This document shows, piece by piece, positions 62,413-64,000 of a stretch of 64,000 bases of DNA (the stretch's first letter is position 1; the number at the start of each line of letters is the position of its first letter). The notes under the pieces are model-generated. The model was not told the DNA's origin, did not search any database, and saw only the letters and a program-made list of their open reading frames with translations. This stretch comes from Gemmatimonadota bacterium (GTDB lineage: Bacteria > Gemmatimonadota > Gemmatimonadetes > Gemmatimonadales > GWC2-71-9), in contig QKHC01000030.1 in NCBI GenBank assembly GCA_003251175.1, forward strand, positions 5,228 to 69,227, read 5' to 3'. The translations under genes were made by a program, and so were the position numbers.

Positions 62413-63041
62413 CGTCGCGCGCTCCGGTAAAGCACCAATCCCTCCGGCCTCACGGCCAGATCACGGACGGCCGGTGGCACCGGCATCAGATATCCGCCAT
62501 CGGCGTCGGCCCCCGCCACCCGCTGCGCCAGCTGGCGCACCGCGACCGGCGGGAAATCGAAATCGCGCAGCCGCAACCCCGCCACGCGGAAGCGCGCCAG
62601 CCCCGATGCCGGGACATCCACCGAGCCCACGATGCGGAGCGGCTCGCGCGGCTCGACCATTCCGCCGAAGGGCCCGAGTGCCTCCGGCGGCACCGCGCGC
62701 GTGTCGAGCCGCGCGTGGAGCACCAGGGTATCGGTCCGCAACTCCACCCGCAGCGAATCGAACGTGCGCCGTACCGACCAGTCGATCCCCCCCCCGACCC
62801 ACGACGCCACCTCGTTCGCCGACAGCACGACCGAATCCGGCCCGGCCGCATCACCGATCGCCACCAGCTTCGCCTCGGCGGCCGCCACCCCGGCGGGGCT
62901 CGGTGCCCCGACCGTCGTCGTCACGCGCGGCAAGGGCGGCCGACCGAGCACGCCACCGGCGGCACGGATCAGTGGCGCGCGGAACCACCATCCCGCCGCT
63001 CCGAGAGCCACCAGCGCCACCAGACACCCGAGCCGTGCCAC
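62409..63041 (-). CDS. Hypothetical membrane-anchored / secreted protein
   Basis: N-terminal hydrophobic segment 'LGCLVALVALGAAGWW'. No motif recognised. The stop overlaps the activator start (ATGA). Confidence 0.4.
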   Translation of the reverse strand: MARLGCLVALVALGAAGWWFRAPLIRAAGGVLGRPPLPRVTTTVGAPSPAGVAAAEAKLVAIGDAAGPDSVVLSANEVASWVGGGIDWSVRRTFDSLRVELRTDTLVLHARLDTRAVPPEALGPFGGMVEPREPLRIVGSVDVPASGLARFRVAGLRLRDFDFPPVAVRQLAQRVAGADADGGYLMPVPPAVRDLAVRPEGLVLYRSARR

Positions 63042-63045
63042 GCGG

Positions 63046-63603
63046 CTACCCGAGCCGGGCGCGGTGGACGACTTCGTAGGCGGCGCCGCGTGGCGACAGG
63101 GTGCTGCGCATCAGGTCCACCGATTCCACCCACGCGCGCCCATCGAATGGGGCCGCCGCGAGCCGCTCGGCTGCGCGCTGCAGGTCCGGCGCCGCCGCCG
63201 TCCGCTCGGCCCGACCCAGCGTCACATGCGGACGGAACGGACGACCTTCGGACGGGAACCCCAGCGGGGCGATCTCGCGCTCCACCGCGTGCTGCAACAG
63301 CTCGAGCTGCGGCTCAGCCGCGATCCCCACCCAGAATACCCGTGGACGTCCGGGTCCCGGAAACGCGCCCGCGTCCTCGAGCACCACCTCGAACGGCCGC
63401 ACCCCTGCAGCGCTGCGATCCAATGCCTCGCGCACCGCCGCGGCCCCGGGCTCGGACACTTCGCCGAGGAACTTGAGCGTGATGTGAATCCCCTCAGACC
63501 GCACCCAGCGAACAGGCGGAGCGCCGCGACGCGCCGGCTCCGCGGCGGCCCAGATGGCGTCGCGCAGCTCCGGCGGCAGGTTGACCGCCACGAACAGTCT
63601 CAC
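63046..63603 (-). CDS. thpR: RNA 2',3'-cyclic phosphodiesterase (2H family, ThpR/LigT)
   Basis: Two H-x-T/S-x motifs, 'HITLKF' and 'HVTLGR'. The GTG overlaps the upstream stop (GTGA). Confidence 0.8.
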   Translation of the reverse strand: MRLFVAVNLPPELRDAIWAAAEPARRGAPPVRWVRSEGIHITLKFLGEVSEPGAAAVREALDRSAAGVRPFEVVLEDAGAFPGPGRPRVFWVGIAAEPQLELLQHAVEREIAPLGFPSEGRPFRPHVTLGRAERTAAAPDLQRAAERLAAAPFDGRAWVESVDLMRSTLSPRGAAYEVVHRARLG

Positions 63604-64000
63604 CCGCCGGTCGCCGCGGCGAGCAGACTCCCCCGCCGGTACCCGCCGGGATCCACTTCAACAGAGCCGAAACCCAGCGCGGCGAAGCGCGCGCGCACCT
63701 CGTCGAGCCGCTGCCGCACGAACGGGATCCACTCCGGTGTCACTTCGATACGGGCACGGGTCCCGTGGTGCCGCACGCGCAGATCACCCGTGACGCCGAG
63801 GTCGCGCAGAAAGGACTCGGCGTCCTCGACCTGGCGAAGTCGTGCGGCGGTGATCCGCACACCGTACTGCACCCGACTCGACAGGCAGGGCGCCGCCGGG
63901 GCATCCCACAGCGGGAGCTCGAGTGCCCGCGCGCTGGCCCGGACTTCGGCCTTCGTCATCCCGATCTCGGCCAACGGACTGCGGATGCCGGCTCGCACTC
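63600..64000 (-). CDS. larE: PP-loop ATP-utilising enzyme, LarE-like (TIGR00268 type), with the N-terminus outside the window
   Basis: C-terminal region 'PLAEIGMTKAEVRASARALELPLWDAPAAPCLSSRV' matches the LarE/PP-loop C-terminal pattern. The ORF is open to the window end. Confidence 0.7.
   Translation of the reverse strand, partial: VRAGIRSPLAEIGMTKAEVRASARALELPLWDAPAAPCLSSRVQYGVRITAARLRQVEDAESFLRDLGVTGDLRVRHHGTRARIEVTPEWIPFVRQRLDEVRARFAALGFGSVEVDPGGYRRGSLLAAATGG

Noticed and set aside
1-64000. Search for CRISPR arrays, IS elements, integrons, rRNA, tmRNA, RNase P or SRP RNA.
   Set aside because: I noticed no regularly spaced direct repeats. No transposase, integrase or Cas-like translations appear in the ORF track. 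No intergenic region is long enough (the longest is about 340 nt) to hold these RNAs.

Overview
The window is 64 kb of very GC-rich, tightly packed bacterial chromosome. G+C looks like roughly two-thirds to 70% by eye; I did not compute it. I call about 60 protein-coding genes and one tRNA-Gln(UUG). I saw no rRNA, CRISPR array, transposase, integrase or phage genes.

Most of the content is housekeeping:
- Translation and ribosome: prs, L25/Ctc, pth, S6, S18, L9, L31, RF1, PrmC, RsfS, RimO, YchF.
- Chromosome and envelope: SMC, LolA, Lnt, signal peptidase I, SpoIID-like, CtpA-like S41 protease, an Mla/MCE-type operon.
- Metabolism: H+-pyrophosphatase, DAHP synthase, dTMP kinase, hydantoinase/oxoprolinase A+B, aldehyde dehydrogenase.
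- Regulators: Crp/Fnr, an NtrC-type sigma-54 activator, a GAF-HD-GYP protein, YajQ, and a short sigma-70-family factor.

Gene content suggests a Gemmatimonadota/FCB-related organism: the short sigma factor, a QNFPNPF-type C-terminal sorting domain, and PD40/Omp85 proteins. This is inference only.

All functional calls come from motifs I recognised in the supplied translations. No database search was possible.

I found no clear mobile or defence island. The points most worth a second look are:
1. An MlaE / MlaF-like / MlaD operon whose ATPase subunit has lost every catalytic motif and which is start/stop-coupled to a GAF-HD-GYP protein.
2. A ~1080-aa fusion of an HExxH domain, a PD40 propeller and an Omp85 barrel, followed by two SPOR proteins that are translationally coupled to smc. 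One of them carries a degenerate ParA/BY-kinase-like domain.
3. A recurring AT-rich TAnnTT(T)G box upstream of operon-leading genes, seen together with a ~285-aa sigma factor lacking region 1.1. This resembles Bacteroidetes-type promoters.
4. pth sits in the same frame as rplY directly after its TGA, with no canonical start codon.
5. Frameshifts in the conserved ychF gene and in hyuB.
6. A DhaL(Dak2)-DegV single-chain fusion.
7. Unusually pervasive 4-nt start/stop overlaps that link functionally unrelated genes.
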